A stretch of 62,865 nt of DNA, counting the filler, from Globobulimina sp. (lineage: Eukaryota): NCBI GenBank assembly GCA_003354225.1. It is 35 parts of 35 records of this genome, joined end to end, with 100 filler letters (N's around TTAATTAATTAA, not from the genome) between each part and the next. Parts side by side here need not be neighbours in the genome. Positions count along the whole stretch, not along the records: positions 34,195 to 35,893 come from PIVH01012980.1; positions 35,994 to 37,692 come from PIVH01012981.1; positions 37,793 to 39,491 come from PIVH01012982.1; positions 39,592 to 41,289 come from PIVH01012983.1; positions 41,390 to 43,087 come from PIVH01012984.1; positions 43,188 to 44,885 come from PIVH01012985.1; positions 44,986 to 46,683 come from PIVH01012986.1; 28 more parts are not named here. One strand, given 5' to 3'. A program made the position numbers and the translations under genes. The stretch's first letter is position 1. Each line of letters starts with the position of its first letter. Of the stretch, positions 35,084-46,783 are shown one piece after another. The notes beneath the pieces are model-generated. The model had not been told where the DNA came from. It was given only the letters and a program-made list of their open reading frames with translations, and did no database searches.

Positions 35084-35413
35084 TTACGATACAACCCGTA
35101 TTGAACACAAGTTATCAAGTTCTTTTTTGGTAATATGAATTCCTAATGGGTTTTCTACGTTAAATAGTTTGATTTCTAAAAAATATCGGCCTTCACTTCC
35201 TGCTACCAAGAGTAGACCGAGTTTCATTATTATTTGTGAATTACCAGTAGTTGCATCGAATTCGCCAATTATTTCAGCCAAGAAGTCAGACCGTTTAAAT
35301 GTCTGACCTCCGACTATAACCTCAATGTCGTCATAGATGGAAATATCAAAATCCTCTAGTTCGACAGTAAGGGGTAAATCACTATTTAAAATGACGACAT
35401 TTGCCGATGCCAT
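35084..35413 (-). CDS. Phage hypothetical protein
   Basis: TAATG stop/start overlap with the upstream gene, within an operon-like run. Confidence 0.7.
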   Translation of the reverse strand: MASANVVILNSDLPLTVELEDFDISIYDDIEVIVGGQTFKRSDFLAEIIGEFDATTGNSQIIMKLGLLLVAGSEGRYFLEIKLFNVENPLGIHITKKELDNLCSIRVVS

Positions 35414-35799
35414 TATACATCCACAGGTTGCTTGGCAGTAGTCACCAATGCAGGAAATGGAACGCTTGAACCTGAACCAATATCAGCATTGGTAGTTTCA
35501 TTCCATTGTGCTAATAGTTCACTACCGCTAACCAGTACGAATGCTAAGTTCTTTGTACCTGTGATAGTGCTAGTCGCGTTATTGCCCGATTGAGCTGCAA
35601 CTGTGAGTCGTTTTTCATTTGTATTCACTGTCGTGATGATAAGGTCACCAGATGAAACTGAGTAAAATAAAATAGAACGAGCAAGGTTAGCTGCCAAACT
35701 TTGAGCTGAATCAAAATCATTCAACAGATGGAGAGCTGTTGCCTGTGTTTTGTAATAATCAAGCTTTGCGTTTAAAGCATTAGGTGAGTCAAAAGCCAT
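35413..35799 (-). CDS. Phage hypothetical (probably virion) protein
   Basis: SD-like AAGAGGA upstream; located in a head-tail module. Confidence 0.7.
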   Translation of the reverse strand: MAFDSPNALNAKLDYYKTQATALHLLNDFDSAQSLAANLARSILFYSVSSGDLIITTVNTNEKRLTVAAQSGNNATSTITGTKNLAFVLVSGSELLAQWNETTNADIGSGSSVPFPALVTTAKQPVDV

Positions 35800-35993
35800 T
35801 GTGTGTTATCCTCTTATCTGTCATTTTTAGGAATATTCCCGTTGGATACTATTATAATCATGTTCTTGTGCAAATGTATACTTATTTATACATNNNNNNN
35901 NNNNNNNNNNNNNNNNNNNNNNNNNNNNNNNNNNNNNTTAATTAATTAANNNNNNNNNNNNNNNNNNNNNNNNNNNNNNNNNNNNNNNNNNNN

Positions 35994-36486
35994 AGATGGT
36001 ATTCACTGCACAGTAAATTATCCGACAGACCATCCAAGATACATTGCTGCTGACAATGGATATTTTAGGGAATATGACGTTTTCATTCAATACACAAGTA
36101 AACATTTACATGTTCAAATATGTGACGATGTATTCAAAACAACTCAACATAATAAAGAACGTAATATTGATGTTTGGAGTCAATCTCATTCTGTATTTGC
36201 TGTAAACCACCCATCATTAGATGTATGGGAAGGGGAAGTTACAGATTTTGAAATGCGAATCTACGAAGGTGCTCCAACTACACTTGTTAGGCGAATTGTT
36301 GCTGGGCAAAATGCTTCAGATGGTGCGGCAACAACTGTTGGGCCAATAACCGCCGAACCGATAACCGTTGACCCGATAAATCGGAATATTACACACACAG
36401 ACGGTATTGCAAGAGTTGTGTTTGCTGTCATGGTTGGATTATTCATCATGATTGTTTGTATATTATTTTGTTGTTTAAAAACCTGA
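35994..36486 (+). CDS. C-terminus of a single-pass membrane protein
   Basis: Frame ends in TM VVFAVMVGLFIMIVCILFCC. Confidence 0.5.
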
Positions 36487-36906
36487 TTGTTGTGAGAGTA
36501 TTTTGTTGATTATTCACCTGATAATATACGTCTCATGTATGGCTCAGTATACTCGATACAGCTAACAGCTCATAATAAACATTCAATTCCACTTTCCCGG
36601 TCCTCTCTAATACCAAGTTACCAACGCAAATGAATACATAATAACATAGCGTGCCGGCATAATGTGAATGCTATTTTGAATGCGCAATCTCTTCATATAA
36701 ACACAATTGTACCTAGTATAGTATGGGCAAGTGAAGAAAGTTTTAGTTTGATACTTTATAAACATCAGAAACGTTATTAACACTGTACCGCGCTACCTTC
36801 TGTTGAAGAAAGATCCAAGCAATAGTCAAGACGTCGAAGAAGATGTGGGATGAATCAATATTATATATTACATATTACAAAGCCTCACATTGTCATGTTG
36901 CTGTAT

Positions 36907-37692
36907 TCAGTGTATTGTATTAACCAAACTAACCACATCATTGTCATACTCATTAGCTTCCATTCCTTCTCCTACATAGTTATTATTTAATAGAGCTGCT
37001 GGATCACGTGCACCTTCTACCAATTCAACATGTCTTTTTGTAACATTATCATCATTCATGGCAGTTACATTGCCATCATGAGTCTGACCAATATGCTCTT
37101 TTACTTTTACAATATCACCTGTTATTTCCCCCAATAAAAGCTCTCATTGTTATGTTTCAAGCGGCCCATTTTTTTTTTCTGCCACAAAAAAAATACAAAC
37201 ACAAACACTACCAATATTATCACAACAATCATTATACATATTTCCAATATTGGCTGTGAAATTGATACTGTTGCTACTGCAGAAAGTGATGGATTATTGG
37301 TTGGGAACTCCGTTGGTGTTGTCGTTGGTGTAATTGTTGGACTATTTGTTGGATCTCGTGAAGGAGCATCAGTTGGATCTGTTGTTGGGCTAATTGTTGG
37401 ATGTCGTGTGGGAGAATCCGTTGGATCTGTTGTTGGACCTGGTGAAGGGCTTAAAGTTGGAGAGTATGTTGGATTTTCAGTTGGCGTTTTGGTGGGTGAT
37501 TTTGTTGGATTTTCAGTTGGCATTTTTGTTGGATTTCCGGTTGGCGATTTTGTTGGATTTTCGGTTGGCATTTTTGTCGGATTTTCAGTTGGCGATTTTG
37601 TCGGATTTTCGGTTGGTGATTTTGTCGGATTTTCAGTTGGCGATTTTGTCGGATTTTCGGTTGGTGATTTTGTAGGCCTCTTTGTAGGATTC
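36907..37692 (-). pseudogene. PT-repeat type I membrane protein with an apparent frameshift near 37140
   Basis: PTxxPT stalk and TM, after which the tail continues in another frame (ORF 36907..37134) with no usable intron. Confidence 0.5.
37469..37672. repeat. 24-nt coding tandem repeat (PTENPTKS/M), about 8 copies
   Basis: Unit TTTTGTCGGATTTTCAGTTGGCGA and variants. Confidence 0.9.
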
Positions 37693-37792
37693 NNNNNNNN
37701 NNNNNNNNNNNNNNNNNNNNNNNNNNNNNNNNNNNNTTAATTAATTAANNNNNNNNNNNNNNNNNNNNNNNNNNNNNNNNNNNNNNNNNNNN

Positions 37793-39142
37793 TTATATTA
37801 TTTTGCTCATTCAATTTTTATTGTACCTGGAAATTTGCGGCAATGCTTATAAAACACTATAAATTGTGTACTAGTATGGCATTCTATACATTGTGCGTCA
37901 TTCTATAAATTTACATAATACATAAAAGGTTTGAGCGACAATATGGCCATATCAAATCAACAAGTTTTGAAAAGTGTCATCTTCACCAAAAATACATCAT
38001 TAATGATTGTGTCGATCAATGCACTCAATTTAACTTTATTCGTAGTTACATACAACGTCAATGTATTATATTATTTACCAATTTTATGGAGTATTTCAGG
38101 CTTCATCTTCTCTCTTAATTTCATACGAAACCGGACATTCCTGTCACAACACTGGTTACTACTAAAACAAACAAAATATTGCAAGTGCCTCTGTTATAAA
38201 ACAGTCAAAGCATATGTTGATGAAACAAATGTGTTATGCGAGTTTGTTACACCAGTTCCAGCTTCCAAGCAAACTCTCGTTATCACAATTGATCGACAAC
38301 CACAATTACCACATAAGATAGATACTAAACAGATCAACGAAATGACCCCTTTCAAACCACCACCATTTATCGCAGGCAGCCAATCTGTGACAGACGTTAT
38401 TGCCACTGAAACAAATCAATATTCAACGCAGTTAAAACGAGCGAATTCTATGCCAATATATAATCACAAAGGTGATTTTGGACACGGTTTAGCTGAACTT
38501 GATGAAGAAAAACATCCGTTAGCAGGTTTAGCAAAAATTGAAGTTTATGGTTTAACCCCACTTTCACGTAAAATTAGAACACCGGTCAGCTGCAGTCAGA
38601 ACCCCAAAGCTATGCAACTATTGGGAATACCAACAACGCCCTCATTTCAAACTCCATCTAGATCTGCGACAGGGACCGCTATATTACGTTACATAATGGC
38701 ACCATTATCAAAGCTACCGCGTGCAACTCCAAAATCATCCAACTCAAAAACACGAAAGTCTGTGGAAATTGAAAGTGATTCTGATTCAGATGGGACTGGG
38801 AGTGATGATGTGGATGATCATGAAGTAGTAGCACCGAGTACAAAATCTCCCAATTCGCCTTTATCGCTGCCTATGATGACAGAGGTCAATGAAGAGAAAA
38901 TTGGTGACTCTCAATTTCAATTTTATGGCAAAAATGAGGAAGGAAGTACCAGTGTGAAAAGTAAGTGTTCTCCAATCAATATAGAATCGTTGAATGATAT
39001 GTTTGTATCGTTGGATGTATTGGCAAAATATGGATTTTGTTCAACGAAAAGTATATTGGCAATGCATGAGATAACAAGTTATCAAAAGAGTATAAATATG
39101 GCAATGCGTGATCAGGATTCGGTTCATGTATATGAGGACTGA
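37793..39142 (+). CDS. 7TM-like membrane protein, C-terminal part; paralogue of 23573..25099
   Basis: YYLPILWSISGFIFSLNFIRNR followed by a Ser/Pro-rich tail. Confidence 0.65.
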
Positions 39143-39591
39143 GTGATATCAATAGTTTTCAAAACAATCCGCATTCAAAACACACATTTTATAACTACTT
39201 TAACGCTTATTATGATCGTTGTAGATTTATTTTATGTTAAACGTCTGGTTCGCTGATAATTGATATAAGCACAAACACAAAGTAATCGTAAGTCCGTAAT
39301 TGTAAGTCCGTAATTGTTGAATAAAAAAAACTTTCACCTTGCATTTTTTGTGAAATATATCATGAGTCATGGAAGCATGTTCTTTGTGGTATTATGTTTT
39401 ATCTCATTGAATGCGGTTGAATACAGCGTGAAACAAGCACCATCTACGTTGCATATGGATGTTGAACCACACGCATTGGATGAATGGGACANNNNNNNNN
39501 NNNNNNNNNNNNNNNNNNNNNNNNNNNNNNNNNNNTTAATTAATTAANNNNNNNNNNNNNNNNNNNNNNNNNNNNNNNNNNNNNNNNNNNN

Positions 39592-40436
39592 ACGAAATAT
39601 CCACGAAAATATCAAATGATAATATTAAAAATGGTGAAACAGGCACTGATGAAAAGGAGCCGCTTTTGCAAATTGAAGCAAATGTTAATTGTGTTTCTGT
39701 TGCAAAAAAAGAAACTCAATTAACACAAATGAAGAAAAGTAAAAAGCAGCGAGATGAGGAAGAAAAAGAAGAAAGAAAAGAGGAAGAAAAGCAAGAAAAA
39801 AACGCAATGATTGGTGTTTTTGCAAAACGTAAAAAAGAATTTGATTCGATTTGGTCGATTGGGAAATGCTTTTATATGGATGGAAAATGTAAAATGTACA
39901 AAGTTAAAAAGGAAGAAATAGATCCTTATTCGACTAAATTTATAGTTGATAATAATTATGTGATAAAAGTTGTAGATTTTGAAAGTTTGACAAATACAAT
40001 AAATGAATGTAATGAAATTGAGAGAAAACAAGAATATGAAATAATTGATACGTATTTGGATGTAGGAAATAATAAAACAATGATTGTGATGAAACACAAG
40101 AAAGAAGAACATGAAAAAGGAAGAGAGAGAAAAAAAGAAAAAGAAAAGGAAGTGCAAAAAGTAATAAGTGTTGACAAAATGAGAAGGGATTTAGGAGGAA
40201 TTCCAGAGGAATTAAGAATTCTGATGCAAATACAAAATGTTGTGGATGATAAATTGGATGGAATCAATTGGAATTCGTATAATTTCGGATTTATGGAAGA
40301 TATGCAAGACATTGTTAAATCAAAGGATATATTTCCGAGACTATTTAAAATCAAATTGAATTCTGTTTTGGCCAAAGCGCTCGCCGGAGCTGTGTTTACT
40401 TGTCTTATTGCCATTATTAAAGTATTTATGGAATAG
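39592..40436 (+). CDS. Lys/Glu-rich unknown protein, C-terminal part
   Basis: Long purine-biased ORF with a hydrophobic C-terminus. Confidence 0.4.
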
Positions 40437-40617
40437 ACATTTTCTTTTTTCATATTTGTTTAATATATTAACTATAACTTACTTAGCGGTTTGTAATCAC
40501 AACAATTTTAAATGATTAATTATAAATTATTCTCCCATAAACGTTAAACTGCAATTTCAATTCTGTATAAATAGTATTTTGCACATATCACAATAATCGC
40601 AAAATGCAATGTACATT

Positions 40618-40842
40618 GGTTCAGTAGCTCAATCGTTAGAGCGTGTGTCTTGTGGGTAATCTCCACACCATTTCAGTTATATCATTACTTTGTTTTGCAG
40701 AAATTTGTTAATGTGTTTTTTTATGTTTATTCAAAAAAAAAAAATAAAAAGCAAAAAAATCCAGGTTTACGCAGTGTTGATTTGATTGATTAATATTGCA
40801 ACTCAATACACATGGATGTGGGTTAAAATCCCGCCTGAACCA
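40618..40842 (+). tRNA. tRNA gene or pseudogene, anticodon TGT (40651-40653), with a 152-nt insert at position 37/38 (40655-40806)
   Basis: Acceptor GGTTCAG/CTGAACC+A, D stem GCTC/GAGC, anticodon stem TGTGT/ACACA, variable loop TGGAT and T stem GTGGG/CCCGC. Confidence 0.8.
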
Positions 40843-41389
40843 TCTTAGTATATTCATTTTATATTTTTTTAATATTTAATAATGCAGCTGTATCAATATA
40901 ACAAACAAAAAGAATAAATTAATATTAAAAAGCAAGTTACAAATTGAGAACCAATAAATACGAAACAAAAAGAAATGTCGTATTGGAACAATTAATATAT
41001 ATAAAATACACAACACCAAAATAAAAATATCATAAATATTACTTAATAGAAAGGAAAAATAAATAAAAATAAAATACAAAATATTAAAACAGAGAGAGAA
41101 AAATGTAAAATAGAAATTATTCAAAAACAGATTGAGAATCTATTTTTGCTAAAATAATATTTGTCGGATTAATCGCATTATAATCATTTGGTGGCGGAGG
41201 CGGTGGGATCGGTTGAATGGGCGGCCCCTTGTTGTGATTATTCATATTATCATTATTTGACAAAGCCAACGGTGGCGGCGGTGTATTATNNNNNNNNNNN
41301 NNNNNNNNNNNNNNNNNNNNNNNNNNNNNNNNNTTAATTAATTAANNNNNNNNNNNNNNNNNNNNNNNNNNNNNNNNNNNNNNNNNNNN

Positions 41390-43056
41390 TAAATTATTAA
41401 TAAATGATAATGTAAAGCCAAATAATTGATATTTTGATGTGGTTTGTAATAAAATCCATTCATTATCACCAAACATTTGCTTATTTTGTATCCATATTTC
41501 ATAAAATGTTGCCATGTTTTTTGATTTTCTATCAGGTGTTATAGATATTTGTTGATTATATGGTAATATGATATATATTCCGGTCATTGCCATACTATAA
41601 CAAACACCCAATGACATATCTGCAATGAATGTATTTTCAAAAAGTTCAACTTTTTTAGGTGTCTTTTGTGACCGTATGTTACCTGAACCACATTCACCAT
41701 TTGGACCATAACCAAACATATATAAGTTACCATTTTCTGTAATCACTCCAGAATGCAAATGACAACCTTTACATTTTATAGCTTTATCATTCTTAATATT
41801 ATTAAAAAAATCAACTTGTTTTGGTTTGGTTTGATAGGCTTCATTTCCATGACCTAACATTCCATGATATCCCCAACCCCATGAATATACTTTTCCATCA
41901 TCAGTAACACATAAACTATGAAGATTGCCACATGCTGCATCAATAACACGCATCGAACTTAATGTTTCTATTACTTTCGGTGAATGTTGCACTCGTCCTT
42001 TATATCCTAATTGTGCATATTCATTGTCACCCCATGATGTAAATAATTTATAACTTTAATACCTTCAATATATGATGTAAATAATTTATAACCCCATGAT
42101 GTAAATAATATATGCACAATTTCATATTCTTTAATACCTTCAATAAATTTTGGTGATTTAATACTTGTTTGATTGCCATGACCTAATTGTCCAAATGAGC
42201 CATCACCAAACGACCATAAACGACCATCTGCAGTTAATATTAATGAATGTTCATAACCAACAGCAACATGTAATGCTTTATATGGTGCTAATAACTGTGG
42301 AATATATATATTCTCATTATTTCCTGTTCCTAATTGTCCTCTGCCATTACCTCCCCATACAAATACATTTCCCTCTCTATCAATTGCTAAATTATGTAAT
42401 GTCGTAACTACAATCGCATCGATCACTGCTTTGTGTTGTGTTAGCAATAAATTTAATGCTTCATAATTTGACAATTGATGATCCGAAACATTTAAAATAT
42501 CTTTCCATTTTAAAATATTTTCTTTGCTGATATTAGTATCTGTTGTTTTTGTTATATGTGCGATATTAAACAATGTGGAATAAAAAACCAATGATCTGTC
42601 AATGTTGTATGATTTTGTTAATTGCGCGCCACCTTTAATGAATGCAGTCATTTGTGTAATTCTTTCATTTTTTTCAGTCGATTTAATATTATTTATTGTC
42701 AATAATAATTTATCAAATCCTTGCCAACAATTCGCAGCTGTACATTTTAGCGCATTTAATAATGCATATTCAATCAATAAATCACGTTCTGTCATACCGT
42801 CATATTTATCAACGGCAACTTTCGATTCATTTGGCTCAGCTTCATTATCACTGAAATTGTCTTCAAATTCATCCCATTCATCCTCATTTACATCGCGATC
42901 GTGTTTAATTTCTTGGATGTTTTCTTTACGTTGATTTGTAAAATAAGATTTAATCACATTTAATAAATCAAACTCTTGATGGCTATCTAAAATAGCAGCA
43001 ACTAATTCAATTTTACCAATTTCACTTAATTTTGGACATAAATCTAATAAAACCAT
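41390..43056 (-). pseudogene. RCC1-repeat protein disrupted at about 42030-42110
   Basis: GNVFVWGGNGRGQLG, VGYEHSLIL and ACGNLHSLCVTDDGKVYSWG. One blade has lost its ACG..HS..LT segment and the frame shifts. Confidence 0.8.
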
Positions 43057-43376
43057 TGATAAAGATCACGAAAATTAAAAAAGTTAANNNNNNNNNNNNN
43101 NNNNNNNNNNNNNNNNNNNNNNNNNNNNNNNTTAATTAATTAANNNNNNNNNNNNNNNNNNNNNNNNNNNNNNNNNNNNNNNNNNNNATGCACTAATAAA
43201 GTCATTAGGGTTTTAAATTCTGAAAAGATTAGAGATTTAAGCTGTTTTTAATCTAAATAATTATTGTCAAACACAACACAACACTCTCCTTACTATTATT
43301 ATTGTCAAACACAACACAAAAAAAGTCAAGGTTCTGAAAAAAAAGTCGAGTGGGATGAAAAACTGTATGCGATGAA

Positions 43377-44783
43377 ATGGACCTGTGCCTCAACCTTTAC
43401 CCTTTTATAACAGCAGATGAAACCATTGAATCAACATCAATATGTAACGTGCTGCCGCGCCAATTCTACGAATCATCGTCAGGTTCTGATCACATGTACA
43501 ATTATTGCAGACTAATTAGATATTGCGCAAGAAAGCATATCCGCAATTGTAATGTGCGCGGATGTGCAATATGTGAGAATTGGAAGTTTTTTATCACGAA
43601 TAAAACCAAATTATATTCGAAGATGAGTGCTGGTAATCGAGATAACGGTGCATTTACATGTATGTACGGATTTCAATTGTATCAACGGAAAAAATATAAA
43701 CAATGCATACAATTATTTGAGGAATACACCTTTGATAAAGATGCATATACACCTTTGGTATTTTACATATTAGCGTCAAGTTACCAGCACCTCACGCAAT
43801 TCGGCCGTGCAATTGACTGTTATCACATATGTCTTTCACTAAATAAAAACTGGGATTTTATCACACAATGTACTGAATTTAATTTGACAAATATCCAGCT
43901 ATCCACTGCCATCGCTACTGAGTTGAATAATGTTTTTAATTTATTGATCCGGAAAAAGCATATTAGTCAATGGAAGCAAAAATATATCAGATATCTATTG
44001 ACATTTAGAGAAGCATGGTTTGATACAGCAACGATGCAAACTTGTCATAAGATCGTAACACTGTGTTACTGGAACAATGAATATGAAAAAGGATATGAAT
44101 ATGTCTTAAAAATGATTGGTTTGGTTAAATCTGCATCTGTATCAGATGAGAAATGTGCCTTTGTGATGGAAGTTCATTTATTGTTAGTTAACATGGGCAA
44201 ATTGAATATATGGAAGCAACTATTATCATTTCAACATATTGATAAAGTTGATCCAATGTTTAAGGCATTTATGGGAATATTGCAATTGCAGCATATTGAT
44301 ATGAATTTATTGGTAAATTTGGTGGGATCTGTGAAACAACGGTCTGGTAATTATTATATTGATTTGATGGGTATTAATGGGAATGATGTGGCGATCTCTA
44401 AAATATTTTGTTCACTTTATGTTGACCATGTTCGTAATCATATTCGTAATAATTTATACAAGTTGTTTGGTGTACCGTTGTTTACATTGCTTTATTTTCA
44501 TGCAAAATATAGATTTTATAAACTGAAAGATTATAGGATTGCGTTGTTGTTATTTCGAATGTGTTTAAAAGTAAACAAATATGATCCAATGTGTTATTTA
44601 GATATGGCATTGGTAACCAAACATTGCTATAAATATGACTTGTCATTAAAATATTTAAATAAAGCAGAAACATTAAATCCATTGGTTTATGATATCAATA
44701 ATGGTGAAATGATTAAAAATCAGGTTTTAAAACTTAAAAATAAAAACTGTGATAAGTTGCATCAACATACTGTAACACCGTGA
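43377..44783 (+). CDS. TPR-like helical repeat protein
   Basis: YILASSYQHLTQFGRAIDCYHICLSLN and SLKYLNKAETLNP, plus an N-terminal H..C....C..C cluster. Confidence 0.6.
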   Translation: MDLCLNLYPFITADETIESTSICNVLPRQFYESSSGSDHMYNYCRLIRYCARKHIRNCNVRGCAICENWKFFITNKTKLYSKMSAGNRDNGAFTCMYGFQLYQRKKYKQCIQLFEEYTFDKDAYTPLVFYILASSYQHLTQFGRAIDCYHICLSLNKNWDFITQCTEFNLTNIQLSTAIATELNNVFNLLIRKKHISQWKQKYIRYLLTFREAWFDTATMQTCHKIVTLCYWNNEYEKGYEYVLKMIGLVKSASVSDEKCAFVMEVHLLLVNMGKLNIWKQLLSFQHIDKVDPMFKAFMGILQLQHIDMNLLVNLVGSVKQRSGNYYIDLMGINGNDVAISKIFCSLYVDHVRNHIRNNLYKLFGVPLFTLLYFHAKYRFYKLKDYRIALLLFRMCLKVNKYDPMCYLDMALVTKHCYKYDLSLKYLNKAETLNPLVYDINNGEMIKNQVLKLKNKNCDKLHQHTVTP

Positions 44784-45151
44784 ATTAGAAAAATCATTGT
44801 TTTTTCAGTGAAAAACATGCTTTTCATCGAAAATACACAGTTTGCATAACTTTGCATTGAAATTGCACTGATTTTACACACTTTTNNNNNNNNNNNNNNN
44901 NNNNNNNNNNNNNNNNNNNNNNNNNNNNNTTAATTAATTAANNNNNNNNNNNNNNNNNNNNNNNNNNNNNNNNNNNNNNNNNNNNGTTTCAGCAATCTGT
45001 CAGTCTGGAGTAGGATTTACCCACTCTTATCATCAAAAAAAAAATATGGAAAAATTCAATTAAATATTATATAGAATAGAAAATGAATGAAACAATATCA
45101 ATTCTAACAAAACAATTTGGTGATTTTAATGCATTTGATACTGTACAAAAA

Positions 45152-46102
45152 TTACCCATAAACTCCCGTAAATTCAGCTAAAGCAAATGCAATTAAATAA
45201 GCAGCACCAGCCGCTAACACACCATTGACAGTAATAAAAAATGCAGATTTTATCATTGAAGATTCTGTAATTTTCCCTTTAAAAATGCCCAAACAAAACA
45301 AAGTCAAAATAGTCAAAATAACAGAAATTAAAAATCGTCCATCAAATGATTTTGAATTTGAAATAAATTCAATTCCGGCAATGCCCTGTATTGTAAATAT
45401 AACATATGATAATAACGGGACACATCCAAAACATAGAAACGATATCAATGTCACAAATCCGCCTTTTACGGGCTGTTCCTGCCCCGTTGGTCGATATAAT
45501 TCCAACTCTTGAATCATCATATGATTAATGAACAATTTCTCGTATTTACTCATTGTCCGTAGTATGATCTCTGAGTCTGTTTTACTGACACCTTTGGACA
45601 TATATATTTCAATCATTTCTTGAATCTCTCCTTCTTTGAAATTCTCAAACTCCCATTCTTCCCTTTTACGCTCACCATCAATGTATTCAATCTCACTTTG
45701 CTCACTCAAATAATCCACAAATCCCATAGATATGGCAGCGGCCATTAAATTGGCAAAACCTAACACTAAAATCATATCAGCGTCAAAATGTGCGCCAGTG
45801 ATTCCTGCTACGATGGCAAATGTGGTAATAATACCATCCAATCCGCCATAGATCATCGGTTTCACATAATCTCCGATGGTTTTATGCTCTTCGCCAGTCG
45901 CCAGTTCTATCATATAATAGTCCTCGTCGTCACTCACATTGTCATTGGGGAAAAAGTTTTTCATTTTTTTCATTTTAGATTCATGCAATTCACGTGATTT
46001 TCGGGCATCTTTCACTTTGTAGGCATTGCGTATTTCAGTATTGACTTCTTTATTTTTTGATGGTGGAGTCAGTGCAGTGTACGCTGTGTATCCAACTGAC
46101 AT
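45152..46102 (-). CDS. VIT1/CCC1 family vacuolar iron transporter
   Basis: IYGGLDGIITTFAIVAG, LGFANL.A.AISMG..DYLS, EREEWE and SFLCFGCVPLLSY. Confidence 0.93.
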   Translation of the reverse strand: MSVGYTAYTALTPPSKNKEVNTEIRNAYKVKDARKSRELHESKMKKMKNFFPNDNVSDDEDYYMIELATGEEHKTIGDYVKPMIYGGLDGIITTFAIVAGITGAHFDADMILVLGFANLMAAAISMGFVDYLSEQSEIEYIDGERKREEWEFENFKEGEIQEMIEIYMSKGVSKTDSEIILRTMSKYEKLFINHMMIQELELYRPTGQEQPVKGGFVTLISFLCFGCVPLLSYVIFTIQGIAGIEFISNSKSFDGRFLISVILTILTLFCLGIFKGKITESSMIKSAFFITVNGVLAAGAAYLIAFALAEFTGVYG

Positions 46103-46156
46103 GATCACAGTCACTAAATGGAGTAAGGAGTTTTTTATTAATAATCAGTAAGGAAT

Positions 46157-46552
46157 ATGGTTTTTTTGGAGGATTTGAAACAAAAAGTACATCCTGAATC
46201 CATTGGAGTGGCGATATTTGTGCATGAATTGACTGGTTTGTCATACATGATTGGTGCATGGAGTCTTATGTATGTTGTAAATCCAACGTCATCATTGATG
46301 AGTAGATATGATAAATTGAATGAATATCAAACTAAAGCACATTCATGGACCAATAGGAAAATTCAAAAAATGCCAGGATTTATCAGGAATTCACAACGGT
46401 TAAATGTACCAAGATTGGTAACGTCTGGGGTTGAATCGTATTTGTTTAGAAACTTACTGCGACCCATTACAATCCCCGCTAAATTCGCATTTGCTGTTTA
46501 TGTCGCAAATGTTTATGCTCATCGTAAATATGGGCAGAAACACACCAACTGA
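46157..46552 (+). CDS. Small membrane protein, FAM210/DUF1279-like
   Basis: VESYLFRNLLRPITIPAK resembles the DUF1279 C-terminal motif. Confidence 0.4.
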   Translation: MVFLEDLKQKVHPESIGVAIFVHELTGLSYMIGAWSLMYVVNPTSSLMSRYDKLNEYQTKAHSWTNRKIQKMPGFIRNSQRLNVPRLVTSGVESYLFRNLLRPITIPAKFAFAVYVANVYAHRKYGQKHTN

Positions 46553-46783
46553 AACTATTCAGTTTGATATAGCTCAACATCAAAAATGTATATGTAGGAA
46601 ACACCAATTCCTATTTAAGGCATCCAATTAGCTTCTTGATTCAATCTTGGTTTTTGATTTCTACTCAATTACGAATTATGCATNNNNNNNNNNNNNNNNN
46701 NNNNNNNNNNNNNNNNNNNNNNNNNNNTTAATTAATTAANNNNNNNNNNNNNNNNNNNNNNNNNNNNNNNNNNNNNNNNNNNN

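Noticed and set aside
32396-35893. A single prophage spanning two consecutive phage contigs, or viral integration in the host
   Set aside because: They are separated by a linker, look like different phage types, and show no host-virus junction.
37147-37740. Plus-strand VG-rich ORF, and similar shadow ORFs such as 6414..7022, 39720..40157 and 47627..48064
   Set aside because: They are antisense shadows of PT-repeat or low-complexity genes.
40656-40700. GT..AG spliceosomal-like segment inside the tRNA insert
   Set aside because: Removing it would not restore the cloverleaf, and it is likely chance in AT-rich DNA.
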